From the IMG/VR virus record IMGVR_UViG_3300025927_000001: 64,000 nt of DNA. One strand, 5' to 3'. Shown here one piece after another: positions 27,861 through 37,356 of this stretch. Under the pieces are notes generated by a model. It had not been told where the DNA came from, ran no database searches, and was given only the letters and a program-made list of their open reading frames with translations. This stretch comes from an uncultured virus (IMG/VR IMGVR_UViG_3300025927_000001). Taxonomy: Duplodnaviria > Heunggongvirae > Uroviricota > Caudoviricetes. The position numbers were made by a program, and so were the translations under genes. Every line of letters starts with the position of its first letter. Position 1 is the stretch's first letter.

Positions 27861-28096
27861 GTTGTGTCCCTTTGGCGGGCGTAAACACTGATGATGGTGA
27901 CGATCAACGCGATGAGCCATCCGATGGGCCACGCCAACCACCACTGACTGCTGTCGGCGACCATGACGAGGATCACCGCGATCAGTGGCGCCCCGGGGAG
28001 CAGGAAAATCACAAACCAGGATTCCGGCGGTGGTTTTTTCTTCGCAGTGGTGGGTAGCAACGGGTCTGGTGGCCAGTCCCGTCCGTTGACTTTCAC
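27857..28096 (-). CDS. Small membrane protein
   Basis: Two TM segments; coupled ORFs. Confidence 0.55.
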   Translation of the reverse strand: MKVNGRDWPPDPLLPTTAKKKPPPESWFVIFLLPGAPLIAVILVMVADSSQWWLAWPIGWLIALIVTIISVYARQRDTT

Positions 28097-28323
28097 TTTC
28101 TTTCCTCGTCGGTGAGAACCGCCAGCATCACCGCACGGTTCTTCGCGTCCCACAAGTGGTTCAGTGACGTGGTCAGTAGCTGGTCGTCGGGCAACATCCC
28201 CACGAGTGTTTCGGCTAGGTCCGCGAAGAGCGCGGACACGTGCTGCAATGGTGGCGTCAGGTGCGTGTATCGGAACATCCGCATTGCGGCGATGGTGGCC
28301 GGGTGACGTCCAGTCAAGTCCAT
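28093..28323 (-). CDS. Helical-hairpin protein, possibly Acb2/Tad1-like
   Basis: F.Y.HL…LQ.VS..F..LA…LP…L..L.DAK..AV pattern. Confidence 0.6.
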   Translation of the reverse strand: MDLTGRHPATIAAMRMFRYTHLTPPLQHVSALFADLAETLVGMLPDDQLLTTSLNHLWDAKNRAVMLAVLTDEERK

Positions 28324-28339
28324 TGGTTTTCTCCCTTTT

Positions 28340-28846
28340 TCACGCGGCGGCCAGCGCGGACTGTTGTTGTTGTGTGAAGTGCACGATTTGTTCGACGGTG
28401 TCCTTGATTTGGGTTTCCACTGCTTGTGTGGTGGCGTGTCGTTGCGCGGCGTCCAGCGCGGTACCCCACGTGCGTGCCGCCCCGGGCATTAAGGTGCTGA
28501 AAATTTCACCGTCCGGGGTTTTAGAGATCCACACGAACGCGGCGCCGTCTTGGATTAGTTGGGCTATGTTGAGGACTTCAACGGCTTGGCTTGTGAAGCT
28601 GTAGCCGTGTTCGCGTAACCGTTGCGCGAGTTCCGCGATGCTCGCCTTGTTGCCCAGCTTCGCCACCAGTTGCAGTGGTATACCGAGGGCCGCTAACGCG
28701 TACCCGACCATGCACCGAGGCTCCAAGGTGCCGTCGACTTCGTCGGTGTACATGCACTGAGTCCACTGGTAGACGTAAGGCGCACCTTTACCACTCACTG
28801 CTTGACGGAGCCCATTTAGGGCATCACGTTCGTCGAAAACAATCAT
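28340..28846 (-). CDS. Hypothetical protein, paralog 1 of 3
   Basis: Y.Y…C.Y…P.C.VGYAL…G.PL…AQ..QD…TWG.AL. Confidence 0.75.
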   Translation of the reverse strand: MIVFDERDALNGLRQAVSGKGAPYVYQWTQCMYTDEVDGTLEPRCMVGYALAALGIPLQLVAKLGNKASIAELAQRLREHGYSFTSQAVEVLNIAQLIQDGAAFVWISKTPDGEIFSTLMPGAARTWGTALDAAQRHATTQAVETQIKDTVEQIVHFTQQQQSALAAA

Positions 28847-29340
28847 TCCGTTGGTGTTCCTTTCTGGTCTCCGCCGATGGTGAGTCGGCGGTCGGCGGTT
28901 CCGTTGAGGATCGTTGCGACTGTGCCTGGTTTCCACCCGAGGGCTTTTTCCAACCGGGCTAACGTGGCAGCGTCATACCGGGATCGTCGAAAATTTTCGA
29001 TCCGCAGCATGGTTTGCTCACCTGGGCCCCCGGCTTTGAATACATCTGGTTGGCTCATGCCGAGCCAGTTCCGGCGAGCCTTCACGCAGGCTGCTAAAGC
29101 TTTCCAGTCAAGACCCTCACCGCGGGTTGGTCGCAAATCCGGTTGTTGTTGGTTTTGTTCTCCTGTTGTGTCGTAGGTGGCGAAGACCACCTGCAGGGTG
29201 CCGGCGGCGACACCCATCGCGGCGATGGTCTGCCCGCGGTGGGTGGGTTCTTGTGTTTCGACGTCGATCGCGGCGTGCAGGGCGCTCGTCGCGTACGCGA
29301 TCGCGTTTCGTATCTCCTCGCCGCTGGTGTAGCTGTTCAT
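28843..29340 (-). CDS. XRE-type HTH protein
   Basis: LA..VKARR..LGMSQ…TL..LE.ALGW..G motif. Confidence 0.75.
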   Translation of the reverse strand: MNSYTSGEEIRNAIAYATSALHAAIDVETQEPTHRGQTIAAMGVAAGTLQVVFATYDTTGEQNQQQPDLRPTRGEGLDWKALAACVKARRNWLGMSQPDVFKAGGPGEQTMLRIENFRRSRYDAATLARLEKALGWKPGTVATILNGTADRRLTIGGDQKGTPTE

Positions 29341-29735
29341 TGTTGGTCACACGACTCGTCGCCTGGGTGGCGGATCATGCGGATACCGGGCTGTTGGATC
29401 ACCGGATGCGGATTGCGAGTGATCCGGTCTTTAGTTTTCACCTGACGCGGTGGTCGACATGAGATCAACGCAGCCTCAGTTAACGAAAACCCGATCGGTC
29501 CGACCGGCTCGCCCGCATCCCACCGTCTGATGAAACCGACCGCTGTGGGTGGGGTGCGGAATTTGAACCGCAACTGCCGGTCCTTATCGAGATAGGAAAT
29601 GGTGTCTTTGGTGACTTTGATGTACCGGGCGGCGGGGACTCGCCGCATGATCGCGGCTGCGATAGCGCAGCGGGTTGTGATACCGCGTTGCGCTATCGAG
29701 ATCTCCTCGTCGTCGACCACTATGTCCGTTCTCAT
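29337..29735 (-). CDS. Hypothetical phage protein
   Basis: C.IA.AI…TP…FI..WD.G..V.P..F motif. Confidence 0.6.
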   Translation of the reverse strand: MRTDIVVDDEEISIAQRGITTRCAIAAAIMRRVPAARYIKVTKDTISYLDKDRQLRFKFRTPPTAVGFIRRWDAGEPVGPIGFSLTEAALISCRPPRQVKTKDRITRNPHPVIQQPGIRMIRHPGDESCDQQ

Positions 29736-30094
29736 GGTTCCTCCGTTGGCCCGTAACGGGCACTGACCCGTAGCGAATTGTTGGTGGCCGCTAACTCGTC
29801 GGCGGCGTATTGCGCTTCGAGTACCGCTGTCATGTCGCCCACGGCGGGAACTTCGGTGGGTTGGTCGGAGCGGTGCAGGATCCGCCAGTGGTGCGCACCC
29901 CAACGCGCCACCAGCTGGATCCCGACCTCAGCTTTGCCGCCACCTAAATCCTCGATGTAGGACTCCCAGCGGGCCTCGCGGACCGCTCGCGCTTCCCGCC
30001 ATCCCGCGATCAGCGTGGTCAGGCACCACACGGCGGCCACGACGAAAGCGACCAGTACCAGCGCGAGCACCGGGTAAAGCAAGACCCGTCCCAT
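29732..30094 (-). CDS. Membrane-anchored protein
   Basis: N-terminal TM; follows SPFH gene. Confidence 0.6.
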   Translation of the reverse strand: MGRVLLYPVLALVLVAFVVAAVWCLTTLIAGWREARAVREARWESYIEDLGGGKAEVGIQLVARWGAHHWRILHRSDQPTEVPAVGDMTAVLEAQYAADELAATNNSLRVSARYGPTEEP

Positions 30095-30095
30095 G

Positions 30096-31040
30096 TCAGC
30101 CGCCTGAAACGATCACGGGTGAGCCTTGCGGGATGGGAATGATCCGGACTTTGCCGTCTTTGATGGCTTCGTTCACGGCCAGTTTCTGCTGGTAATCGAG
30201 GTAGCCTTGGATACCACCGGGGAACTGCTCCGCGGCACTGCGGTCGGTGTCGGCGGTGGCTTTACGCAGACCAGCGGCCTGGTTGTTTTCGATCTCACCG
30301 TTCATCACATCCGGCAGGGTGGGTTGCAGGAGCTGCACGTTGTCGATGATGAAATGATCCGCGCCGGATTGTTGGATGACCCTGTTCGGCAAGTCCGCGG
30401 CGACTGCTTGCTGCCATGCAGCGTTCGCCACCGGGTCGCCGTAAAGCTCCTGCCACGTGTAACGCAAACCAGCGTCGTTCGCTGCCTTGCTGATGGGGTC
30501 ACCCACATAGCGACGCACAACCTCATCCCACCCAGCGGGTTGGGGGTCACCACCGCTAGTGGCGAAAGCGTTGTTATGCCTCCCGATGTTGTCGTGGAAC
30601 CTCTGAAATAACCCTCCTGGCCAGTCGCGGTCGAACACCTGCTTATCACCCGTCGCGGTTTTGACGGTTCTGTATTCCTTGTAGTCGGTGCAATCAGTGT
30701 TCAAGCGGAATGTGACGGTGCCGCGTACGGTGAGCTTGACCCCAGCACTGGTTGGTGTGCTTTTAGTTGACACCAGCAACGGTGGTGCGTCCGCGCCTGG
30801 CGCGTCGGAGAACGTGAACGTGCGTTGGCCTTGCGGGTAGTAGAAGTGTTGCATCCCGGGACTGGTGACGTCTCGAACACCGGGCCCGATGCACTTGTCG
30901 AACGCTTGGGACGAGAACCAGCCACCGGAGTACCGCAAAACGGCTTGGCTGGTGTCTGGGTCGGCTACCGCGCACGCACCGGCCAGCGTTGCGCAACCCA
31001 CCAACGCGGCCAAGGTGAGCACGGCCCTACGGGTATTCAT
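30096..31040 (-). CDS. SPFH/band-7-like lipoprotein
   Basis: Lipobox LAGAC; YP..QRT..F; terminal AI..GKV..IPIP.GS.V. Confidence 0.75.
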   Translation of the reverse strand: MNTRRAVLTLAALVGCATLAGACAVADPDTSQAVLRYSGGWFSSQAFDKCIGPGVRDVTSPGMQHFYYPQGQRTFTFSDAPGADAPPLLVSTKSTPTSAGVKLTVRGTVTFRLNTDCTDYKEYRTVKTATGDKQVFDRDWPGGLFQRFHDNIGRHNNAFATSGGDPQPAGWDEVVRRYVGDPISKAANDAGLRYTWQELYGDPVANAAWQQAVAADLPNRVIQQSGADHFIIDNVQLLQPTLPDVMNGEIENNQAAGLRKATADTDRSAAEQFPGGIQGYLDYQQKLAVNEAIKDGKVRIIPIPQGSPVIVSGG

Positions 31041-31060
31041 TTGTTTTTGTTCCCTTCGAA

Positions 31061-31564
31061 TTAGACGGTGGCTAGTGCCGCGTCGGTGGTGAGCGCTTCA
31101 GCGGTCGCGATCACGTCATTGATCACGGCGGTGTCGATGTTTGGCTGTTCTGTGTCGTCGGCGCCCCGGGCGACCATCAATGCGGTCGCGAGCGCTTCGC
31201 CCCACGTGTGCCTACCCGCTGCTGCGCAGTCTGCGCACATACACAAAGGAGCTTTATCTTGGACTGATTGTGCGGCGACGAGGACGTTCATGGCGCCGGT
31301 GGTGAAGTTGTAGCCGTGGTGGACCAGCCGGGACGCAAGCGCGCCGACAACCTGCGCATTGCAGCCCGATTCGTAGATCAGGCGCAGGGGCACACCCATG
31401 CACCCCAGGGCGTAACCGACGATGCAGCTGGGTTTGAGTTCGGAGGTGCCGTAAACGTCGGTGACGTAAATGCATCTGCCCGCGGGGTAGATGTAGCTCT
31501 CGCCGCGGGCGGCGACGGCTTGGCGCAGTCCGTTCAGGGCATCGCGCTCAGTGAATGTGATCAC
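31061..31564 (-). CDS. Hypothetical protein, paralog 2 of 3
   Basis: Shares ERDALNGLRQAV and C.VGYAL/AQ..QD/TWG motifs. Confidence 0.75.
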   Translation of the reverse strand: MITFTERDALNGLRQAVAARGESYIYPAGRCIYVTDVYGTSELKPSCIVGYALGCMGVPLRLIYESGCNAQVVGALASRLVHHGYNFTTGAMNVLVAAQSVQDKAPLCMCADCAAAGRHTWGEALATALMVARGADDTEQPNIDTAVINDVIATAEALTTDAALATV

Positions 31565-31856
31565 TGTGTCTCCTCTGTGTCATTTCCTTGGTGAATCGTG
31601 CCCGGTATTTTTCGGCGGCGGCCCACAGGGGGTCGGTCGGGTCGAATCGGTGCCACGTGCCCCAACAGTCAGGGCAGGCGTAGAACAGTGACCCGTCGTA
31701 GACGCCACGGATCTCAATGGCGAGCCCGCGGGCGTATCGCGTACCGACACCGGGATGCTGGAATCGTTCGGGGACTGGTTCACCGAGGAGGTCCGCACCG
31801 CAATGCGGGCAAACCTCCTCGGTGGGTGAATCAGGCATCGACGGTTTGACGTGCAC
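31548..31856 (-). CDS. Zn-ribbon protein
   Basis: CPHCGADL…GVYDG…CPDC…WHRF. Confidence 0.65.
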   Translation of the reverse strand: MHVKPSMPDSPTEEVCPHCGADLLGEPVPERFQHPGVGTRYARGLAIEIRGVYDGSLFYACPDCWGTWHRFDPTDPLWAAAEKYRARFTKEMTQRRHSDHIH

Positions 31857-33297
31857 CGTTGCGTGACGGACTGGGCGCTGGCACCAGCGTCGCGTTCAAC
31901 AGTCCCGGTTGGGTCACGCGCATACCAGCGGCGCCGCCGGTGACAAGGTTCTGCACGACCCTGTCCAGGGTGGGCAGTGGCGGTGGTTCAGTGGCGTCTT
32001 GGTGCAACTTCAGCTGCGGGTGCAAACTGCGGGCCGCGCCCACCAGGTCTTCGGTTGTTAAGACGTAGTCGGTGCGCCCGTTGCTGCGGTGGATCGCGAA
32101 CGACCGGGCCCGGTCGGCGGTGGCGCGGATGAACGCGGGCAGGAAACCGTCCATTTCGGCGTGCACCGAATCGAAGTCAACGTCGGCGGCGAGTTTCCCG
32201 GGGGCGACGACCACGCGAATGAGTTGCTCCGTCGCGGGCCGGTCAAGTCCCGCGATCTCCAACACGTAATCGAGGCGACCTGGCCGCAGCATCCCCGGTG
32301 GGACTTTACTGATGTGATTAGTTGACAACGCGACGATAACCTCACCGTGTTTCGACGTGATCCCATCGAACGCGTCGAGCATCCGCGATACAGCTTTAGC
32401 GTTGCTGGTGGTGGTATCGGTATCGACGTCTTCGACCCACACCACAGCGGGTGCGTAAAGCCGGGCGGTGGTCAGGACATCTTCGACGCGGTCACGACCC
32501 GGCCTGGCCATGATGAACGTCCACCCAGCGCGGACAGCGACCTGCGCGGTCATCATCCCGATGCTGGTTTTACCGGTCCCGTACGGTCCGTAAAGCAGCA
32601 CCGCGCGCTTCAGTGGGATGCCTTCGTTGCGGAACGACTGCGGGTGGCGCAACGGTGAGAACAACGCCGCATCCAGGGACGCTTGGACACCGGACGCGAA
32701 CACGATCTGCGTCGGGTCGAACTGGTCGAGGTCTTCGATGAACGTCAACTCGTCAGCACCAGCAACAGCCTGACCACGGTAGATGGACGCGTTCGCGAGT
32801 TGCTCCGCGACGTCAGCGAAGAACTCCTCGACCTCTTTAGCGTATTTGCGCTTCGCTCGAATGTGGATCTCGAAGATCATGCCGTAGTCGTCGTGCTCGG
32901 TGGCGCCGAGATACACTTCGCCGCCGTCGATGACGGGGATCTGGATGAGACCCCACGGTGCCTGCACGGTTCGCCCACCGGGACCGGTCGGGACCTCCAG
33001 CACCTGCGGTGGGTTGTTCCCGAACATGGTTTGGATGGCTTTGCCCATGACCAGGCCGTACCGGGTTTTCAGGACGATCGCGGTGGCCACGGCACCGTCG
33101 TGGGGCCGGTAGTTGTATTGCTTACGGAACTCGGAAACGGTGTCCTGTTCGCGGCGTTTCGCCTCCAAGATCCGCATAAGTTCGGTGTACGTGCACCCCC
33201 TCGGTACGGTGATCAGCTTCTTGTCGTCTTTACGGAACTCGATTTCATCTCCGGTGATCAGATCGGAGTCCACTGCACTTATGGTCCTTTTTGACAC
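31831..33297 (-). CDS. AAA+ ATPase
   Basis: Walker A GPYGTGKT, Walker B WVEDVD, STNH, LRPGRLD. Confidence 0.9.
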   Translation of the reverse strand: MSKRTISAVDSDLITGDEIEFRKDDKKLITVPRGCTYTELMRILEAKRREQDTVSEFRKQYNYRPHDGAVATAIVLKTRYGLVMGKAIQTMFGNNPPQVLEVPTGPGGRTVQAPWGLIQIPVIDGGEVYLGATEHDDYGMIFEIHIRAKRKYAKEVEEFFADVAEQLANASIYRGQAVAGADELTFIEDLDQFDPTQIVFASGVQASLDAALFSPLRHPQSFRNEGIPLKRAVLLYGPYGTGKTSIGMMTAQVAVRAGWTFIMARPGRDRVEDVLTTARLYAPAVVWVEDVDTDTTTSNAKAVSRMLDAFDGITSKHGEVIVALSTNHISKVPPGMLRPGRLDYVLEIAGLDRPATEQLIRVVVAPGKLAADVDFDSVHAEMDGFLPAFIRATADRARSFAIHRSNGRTDYVLTTEDLVGAARSLHPQLKLHQDATEPPPLPTLDRVVQNLVTGGAAGMRVTQPGLLNATLVPAPSPSRNGARQTVDA

Positions 33298-33334
33298 GGG
33301 TATCTTTCCTTCAGATATGTGGGGTGGGCGCGGA

Positions 33335-33817
33335 TCAAGCGGTTGGGGTGTCGCCGGTGCCGTTGCCGGTAGGGGTCTCACCGGGGATGGTCGCGGCGGC
33401 CTTCTCGGCGGCACGCAATGCCGCACCCCAGGTTGCGTCACAGTTCGGGGGGGGATCATCGAACCGCAACACCTGGTCTTGGACGATTTGTGCGGACCGG
33501 AGAACAAACGCCGCATCGGTGGTGATGATGTAACCGACCTGCGCGAGCCGGCCCGCCAACGCCACCACTTTGATGGCATCGCATCCAGCGCCGGCTATCA
33601 ACGGCAACGGGACACCCAGGTGGTGTAGGGCGTAACCCACGATGCACTGCGGCTGGAGTTGACCGTCAACACGCCACGCGTACACACACGTGCCCGTGGG
33701 GCCGCCAGCCGGGGGCTTGTAAACGTAGTCCGGTCCCTTCTCGGCGACCACGGCACGCAAAGCTCGTAGCGCGTCGTCGACAGTGATGGTCAGGACAGCT
33801 TCGGTGGGCGAAGTCAT
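33335..33817 (-). CDS. Hypothetical protein, paralog 3 of 3
   Basis: YVY…CVY…PQCIVGYAL…AQIVQD…TWGAAL. Confidence 0.75.
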   Translation of the reverse strand: MTSPTEAVLTITVDDALRALRAVVAEKGPDYVYKPPAGGPTGTCVYAWRVDGQLQPQCIVGYALHHLGVPLPLIAGAGCDAIKVVALAGRLAQVGYIITTDAAFVLRSAQIVQDQVLRFDDPPPNCDATWGAALRAAEKAAATIPGETPTGNGTGDTPTA

Positions 33818-33850
33818 CTTTGATGCGTTCCTATCTCTTCGTGGTTGATT

Positions 33851-34123
33851 TCACTCGGCGATCAGGTAATAGCCCAGTGAGTTGTCCAGCTTCGAGCAGC
33901 CAGCGCGGTAATGACCCCAACCGACTCTCGCAGCCATGTGATGTTCGTGTTCAGCACCGCAATGAGGGCAGTCAACTACCGCAACCACCCAATGCAATGG
34001 CACAGGCGGTGGGTACAACTGTTCGGCGATTTCCCCGCTGGCAGTGACCCGCCGGTAAGGATCTATCCAACACGGCACAATCGGATAGCTGTCACCCATA
34101 TAGAAACGCGGTTGGTCGTCCAT
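33851..34123 (-). CDS. Small Zn-binding protein
   Basis: CPHCG..H.H motif. Confidence 0.6.
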   Translation of the reverse strand: MDDQPRFYMGDSYPIVPCWIDPYRRVTASGEIAEQLYPPPVPLHWVVAVVDCPHCGAEHEHHMAARVGWGHYRAGCSKLDNSLGYYLIAE

Positions 34124-34145
34124 CGTGCTGCCTCGTTGATGGTTC

Positions 34146-34364
34146 CTACTTTTCTGCGAACGAAATCACGTCAGCTGGGACGCTGCGTTTCGCTTGGCTC
34201 GTGACCATGAGCTGAGTTCGCACTGTTCGAAGGATCTCCCTGGCCTGCGCGGCAATCGCATCACCTTGACCCGGCTGAATTGCACCACTCTGGAGATCAA
34301 TCATGGTGGTCCATAGGACTTCCTTCAGATTGACGGCAGTCAATTCTTTATTGTTAGCTGCCAT
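34146..34364 (-). CDS. Hypothetical protein
   Basis: GGAGG RBS; helical. Confidence 0.65.
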   Translation of the reverse strand: MAANNKELTAVNLKEVLWTTMIDLQSGAIQPGQGDAIAAQAREILRTVRTQLMVTSQAKRSVPADVISFAEK

Positions 34365-34852
34365 AGTTCCCTCCTTCGCTGTTGAGCTGAACGTGTGTAG
34401 TAGCCCCGTGCTTTACGGCGCTCGTAGCCGCTGGCCCTTGAACGGATTTCCCGCTCCAAGTCCAGAAGTAGTAGGTACGCTTCGGCGTATTCGCCGTATT
34501 CTTCGGCACGTGACTTCCGGTCGTAGTCCGCCTTGTAAGCCCGGTACTCAGGTCGCCGGCAGTATTCGACATGCCCACTCATATTCTTTTGCCGGCGCTC
34601 GCGTTCTTTAACAGGGTCACGGGTGCGCTGGTAATACGCCGCTTTCTGCGCGCGTAGCTCGGTGGCCTTCTCCACGCGGCGCCGAGCATCGTAGATACGT
34701 TTCGCGTTCTTTTTTTGATCCAGCGGGACACGGCGCGCCATTCCGGAGCAGGCACGGTCGCAGTAAAGTGGCTTGCCTTCGCGGACTGCCCGCCTGACAC
34801 TGCTTTGTGATTGCCGCACCACGTCGCCACAAAATGAACAGAAGGCGATCAT
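34340..34852 (-). CDS. Zn-finger, basic helical protein
   Basis: CSFCG…YCDRAC; HVEYCRRPEY. Confidence 0.65.
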   Translation of the reverse strand: MIAFCSFCGDVVRQSQSSVRRAVREGKPLYCDRACSGMARRVPLDQKKNAKRIYDARRRVEKATELRAQKAAYYQRTRDPVKERERRQKNMSGHVEYCRRPEYRAYKADYDRKSRAEEYGEYAEAYLLLLDLEREIRSRASGYERRKARGYYTRSAQQRRRELWQLTIKN

Positions 34853-35463
34853 GACGCGCCCGCTAGCGTGGGCCATTTAACGACAGCGAGAGCCGCACCG
34901 TGATGAGATCGAACAGGAACCGGCCACTGAAGGCGTTGCGCCGCAACGTGCGCAAGAGCAAGCGCGTCGCACTCGTTGTGGCGTAATTCACTGGAAGTGC
35001 ACGGCAAACCAGGCCACATTTGGTGCATGGCGGCAACAACGTGACGTTTTTCGACAGGTTTTTTCGACGAACCACCGGACCCGGTGGCCCATTTTTTTAG
35101 GGTACTCGGGGCGATCGTGGCGATGGGGATATCAAGGTGATGGAGGATACCAATGATTCGATACCAGACCGCGGCGCGTTCCAACGGGTTCCCGCCGAAT
35201 GAATCGTAGGATGGCGCTTCGATGATCGCTAATTGGCCACCGTCAACGGGGATCACCGTTTTCACACCAGCGGCTACCGCTTCAATTCGGCGGTGCTGGC
35301 CGATGAACGAATCATCAGTTAGGGCGGTGGAGATAACGAACGTCCGGGCCCGGACAGTGGCCCCGACTCGTTCAATTATCGCCACACCAGTTCTAGCGAG
35401 AGCCGAATCGATCCCAATAACGTAGGGTCGGTCCGAGTCAATTCGCAGCAGCTCGCTATTCAT
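34849..35463 (-). CDS. RuvC-like Holliday junction resolvase
   Basis: VIGID…TG.A, IIE, P.TLKKWATG.G, NECDALAL motifs. Confidence 0.88.
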   Translation of the reverse strand: MNSELLRIDSDRPYVIGIDSALARTGVAIIERVGATVRARTFVISTALTDDSFIGQHRRIEAVAAGVKTVIPVDGGQLAIIEAPSYDSFGGNPLERAAVWYRIIGILHHLDIPIATIAPSTLKKWATGSGGSSKKPVEKRHVVAAMHQMWPGLPCTSSELRHNECDALALAHVAAQRLQWPVPVRSHHGAALAVVKWPTLAGAS

Positions 35464-35714
35464 TTGTCTGGTACCCATCGCAGCACTGCGGATCGTAATC
35501 CCGGTCCCCGCATTTCGGCGAGACCCCGAAGACATTGAACCAGTGCGAACGACAAATCGACATCGGTGGCGCTGCCTGGAAGCGTAACAGACGCGTTTCG
35601 GGCCGTTCCATCGGCCTCGATCAGACCGACGTTCACTTCGATGGTCGGTTCTTCGTCTTCGTCGTCAGCGGTCGCCAGAAACGGCGGAATGATGCTGGTG
35701 CTAACTCCGGTCAT
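35460..35714 (-). CDS. Hypothetical protein
   Basis: Coupled ORF. Confidence 0.55.
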   Translation of the reverse strand: MTGVSTSIIPPFLATADDEDEEPTIEVNVGLIEADGTARNASVTLPGSATDVDLSFALVQCLRGLAEMRGPGLRSAVLRWVPDK

Positions 35715-35920
35715 CTGATGTCCTTCCGCCCCGTTTCGGTTAGCGCTGCCTTTGAATGATTCATGTTTTTTAGTCGAGCCCAGTGGGCTGGCGCGTTTCT
35801 TAGAACGTCACCGGTTTTCGAGTTGACGCACAGCTGGCCTTTAATTGCGTGGCAATAGTCGCAAGGTTCGGATTGGGCCAACGCTTCCGCCCGGAGTTGT
35901 TCGAATAATAAATCTTTCAC
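35711..35920 (-). CDS. Small Zn-finger protein (CxxC…C…H)
   Basis: CDYCHA..G..C…H..R; GGAGG RBS before GTG. Confidence 0.65.
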   Translation of the reverse strand: MKDLLFEQLRAEALAQSEPCDYCHAIKGQLCVNSKTGDVLRNAPAHWARLKNMNHSKAALTETGRKDIR

Positions 35921-36100
35921 GTGGCCTCCTTCCTTTTTTGCGCGCACGCGTTCTGGTGGTTACTGATCAACTCCAGTTTCGTAAACAACCACGGACTCAG
36001 GTTGAGTTGATCTTCCGTAGGCAACCCCCGGAGCGAAGCGGAGGGGGGCGGCAGGCGACTACCGGAGCGAAGCGGAGGTAGGAGGGGTTTACGTAGTTGG

Positions 36101-36212
36101 TAAGGGTGGACACCAGTGTCTACCTTTGAGATCTTGTAAAGGGGGTCACCAGTGTCCACCTTTGGCCTCCTGCGCGGACGCTCAAAGGGGGTCACCAGTG
36201 TCTACCTTTGAG
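36101..36212. repeat. Three iteron-like direct repeats, candidate replication origin
   Basis: Minus-strand CAAAGGT[A/G]GACACTGGTG x3 at about 36101-36130, 36138-36164 and 36184-36212. Confidence 0.75.
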
Positions 36213-36514
36213 TCCCGGAACACGGGCACCTCGAATATGGTCCGGTGGCCCTTGTTGGCGAACACGAACTTTCCCTTCTTGTCAACTCCGGCGGGCACGC
36301 GAACCTCGTAACCACAGGCCGCGAGTTGCGTCAGAACCCGCGTGAGGTGACGGTGGTCGAGTCCCGTCCTGCGGATTAGCGCATCCCTCCCAGGACTGCA
36401 TCGGCGGGTTGTCCCGTCAGCGAACTCGGCGATGACCACAAGTAGTAAACGTTCCGCCGGTGTCAGCTCGGCGGGCGCGTGGTCGAGCACTTCGATAACC
36501 AGCCGAACGCTCAC
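36182..36514 (-). CDS. Replication initiator-like winged-HTH protein (possibly extended to 35917 by +1 shift)
   Basis: MSV.L..EVLD.AP..LT.AERL.L..IAE.A…R…PG pattern; iterons at 3' end. Confidence 0.7.
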   Translation of the reverse strand: MSVRLVIEVLDHAPAELTPAERLLLVVIAEFADGTTRRCSPGRDALIRRTGLDHRHLTRVLTQLAACGYEVRVPAGVDKKGKFVFANKGHRTIFEVPVFRDSKVDTGDPL

Positions 36515-36541
36515 CGTTAACGCGCCGCCCCCTCGCCGATG

Positions 36542-36799
36542 TCATACGGTCCATGCGAGCAATTCACTGGGTGTGGCGTTGTCGTCAACCATCCCGGCTA
36601 GCACGAGTATCAATGCGGTCCGCCAATACGGATGGTCATCGGTAGCGGTGCGCGCACTAGCGATGGCAGCGGTAATTTCGGTCGCGTTGCCTTCCCGGAC
36701 CGCGCCGACTAAACGCAGCGCGGCCGGGAGGACAGCATCACCAACGGGGTGGCCCGTCAAGGTCGACGGCGGACTCCGACCGGAGTTTGCAGCGTCCAC
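36542..36799 (-). CDS. Hypothetical protein
   Basis: Coupled ORF; LAGMVD…LLAW. Confidence 0.55.
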   Translation of the reverse strand: MDAANSGRSPPSTLTGHPVGDAVLPAALRLVGAVREGNATEITAAIASARTATDDHPYWRTALILVLAGMVDDNATPSELLAWTV

Positions 36800-36800
36800 T

Positions 36801-37100
36801 TCAGTCCTCGTCGTCGTCGACGCTGAAAAGGTTCGGTTCGCCAGTGGGCTTCGATGGGCCCTCTTTCACGTCCATTTCCAGTACCGACATTGTGGCTTCC
36901 CGACGAAGTTCACCGTCTTTCATTCGTTTCACACCGCGACCGGTGCACACGACTTTGATGAGCAGTGTCATCACGTCGTCGATGTTCGGTGGTTCAGCGA
37001 TTTCATCGAGCCCGACACCAACGACTTTCAGGCGGGCGGTGGCGAAACCGTCGAGGGGTTCCTGCTGCTCCATGATGGACAGTGAATTCGCTGGCATGGT
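36801..37100 (-). CDS. Hypothetical protein (approximate start)
   Basis: GAGGAG RBS before MPANSL. Confidence 0.55.
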   Translation of the reverse strand, partial: TMPANSLSIMEQQEPLDGFATARLKVVGVGLDEIAEPPNIDDVMTLLIKVVCTGRGVKRMKDGELRREATMSVLEMDVKEGPSKPTGEPNLFSVDDDED

Positions 37101-37107
37101 GTTCTCC

Positions 37108-37356
37108 TCAGTTGTTGGGGACAAGCGATGAGGCGTCGTCTGGGACTTCAGCGGTGAGCGGTTTCTTGAATGCGTCTCGGAGGTCGTCCAGGGCGCACAT
37201 GAACAAGCTCATTGTGACCAAGCTGACTAGCGCGTCGGTGTAGTTCTCGGCGCGTAACGCTTTAGCGGTCCTGGTTGCTTCCTTCGCCACCAAATCGAGT
37301 GCTGAAGCGAAACGGGCACGCTCCTCGAAGTCCAGGTTAATATCTGTAATGCTCAT
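37108..37356 (-). CDS. Hypothetical protein
   Basis: ATGA overlap with vWA gene. Confidence 0.55.
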   Translation of the reverse strand: MSITDINLDFEERARFASALDLVAKEATRTAKALRAENYTDALVSLVTMSLFMCALDDLRDAFKKPLTAEVPDDASSLVPNN

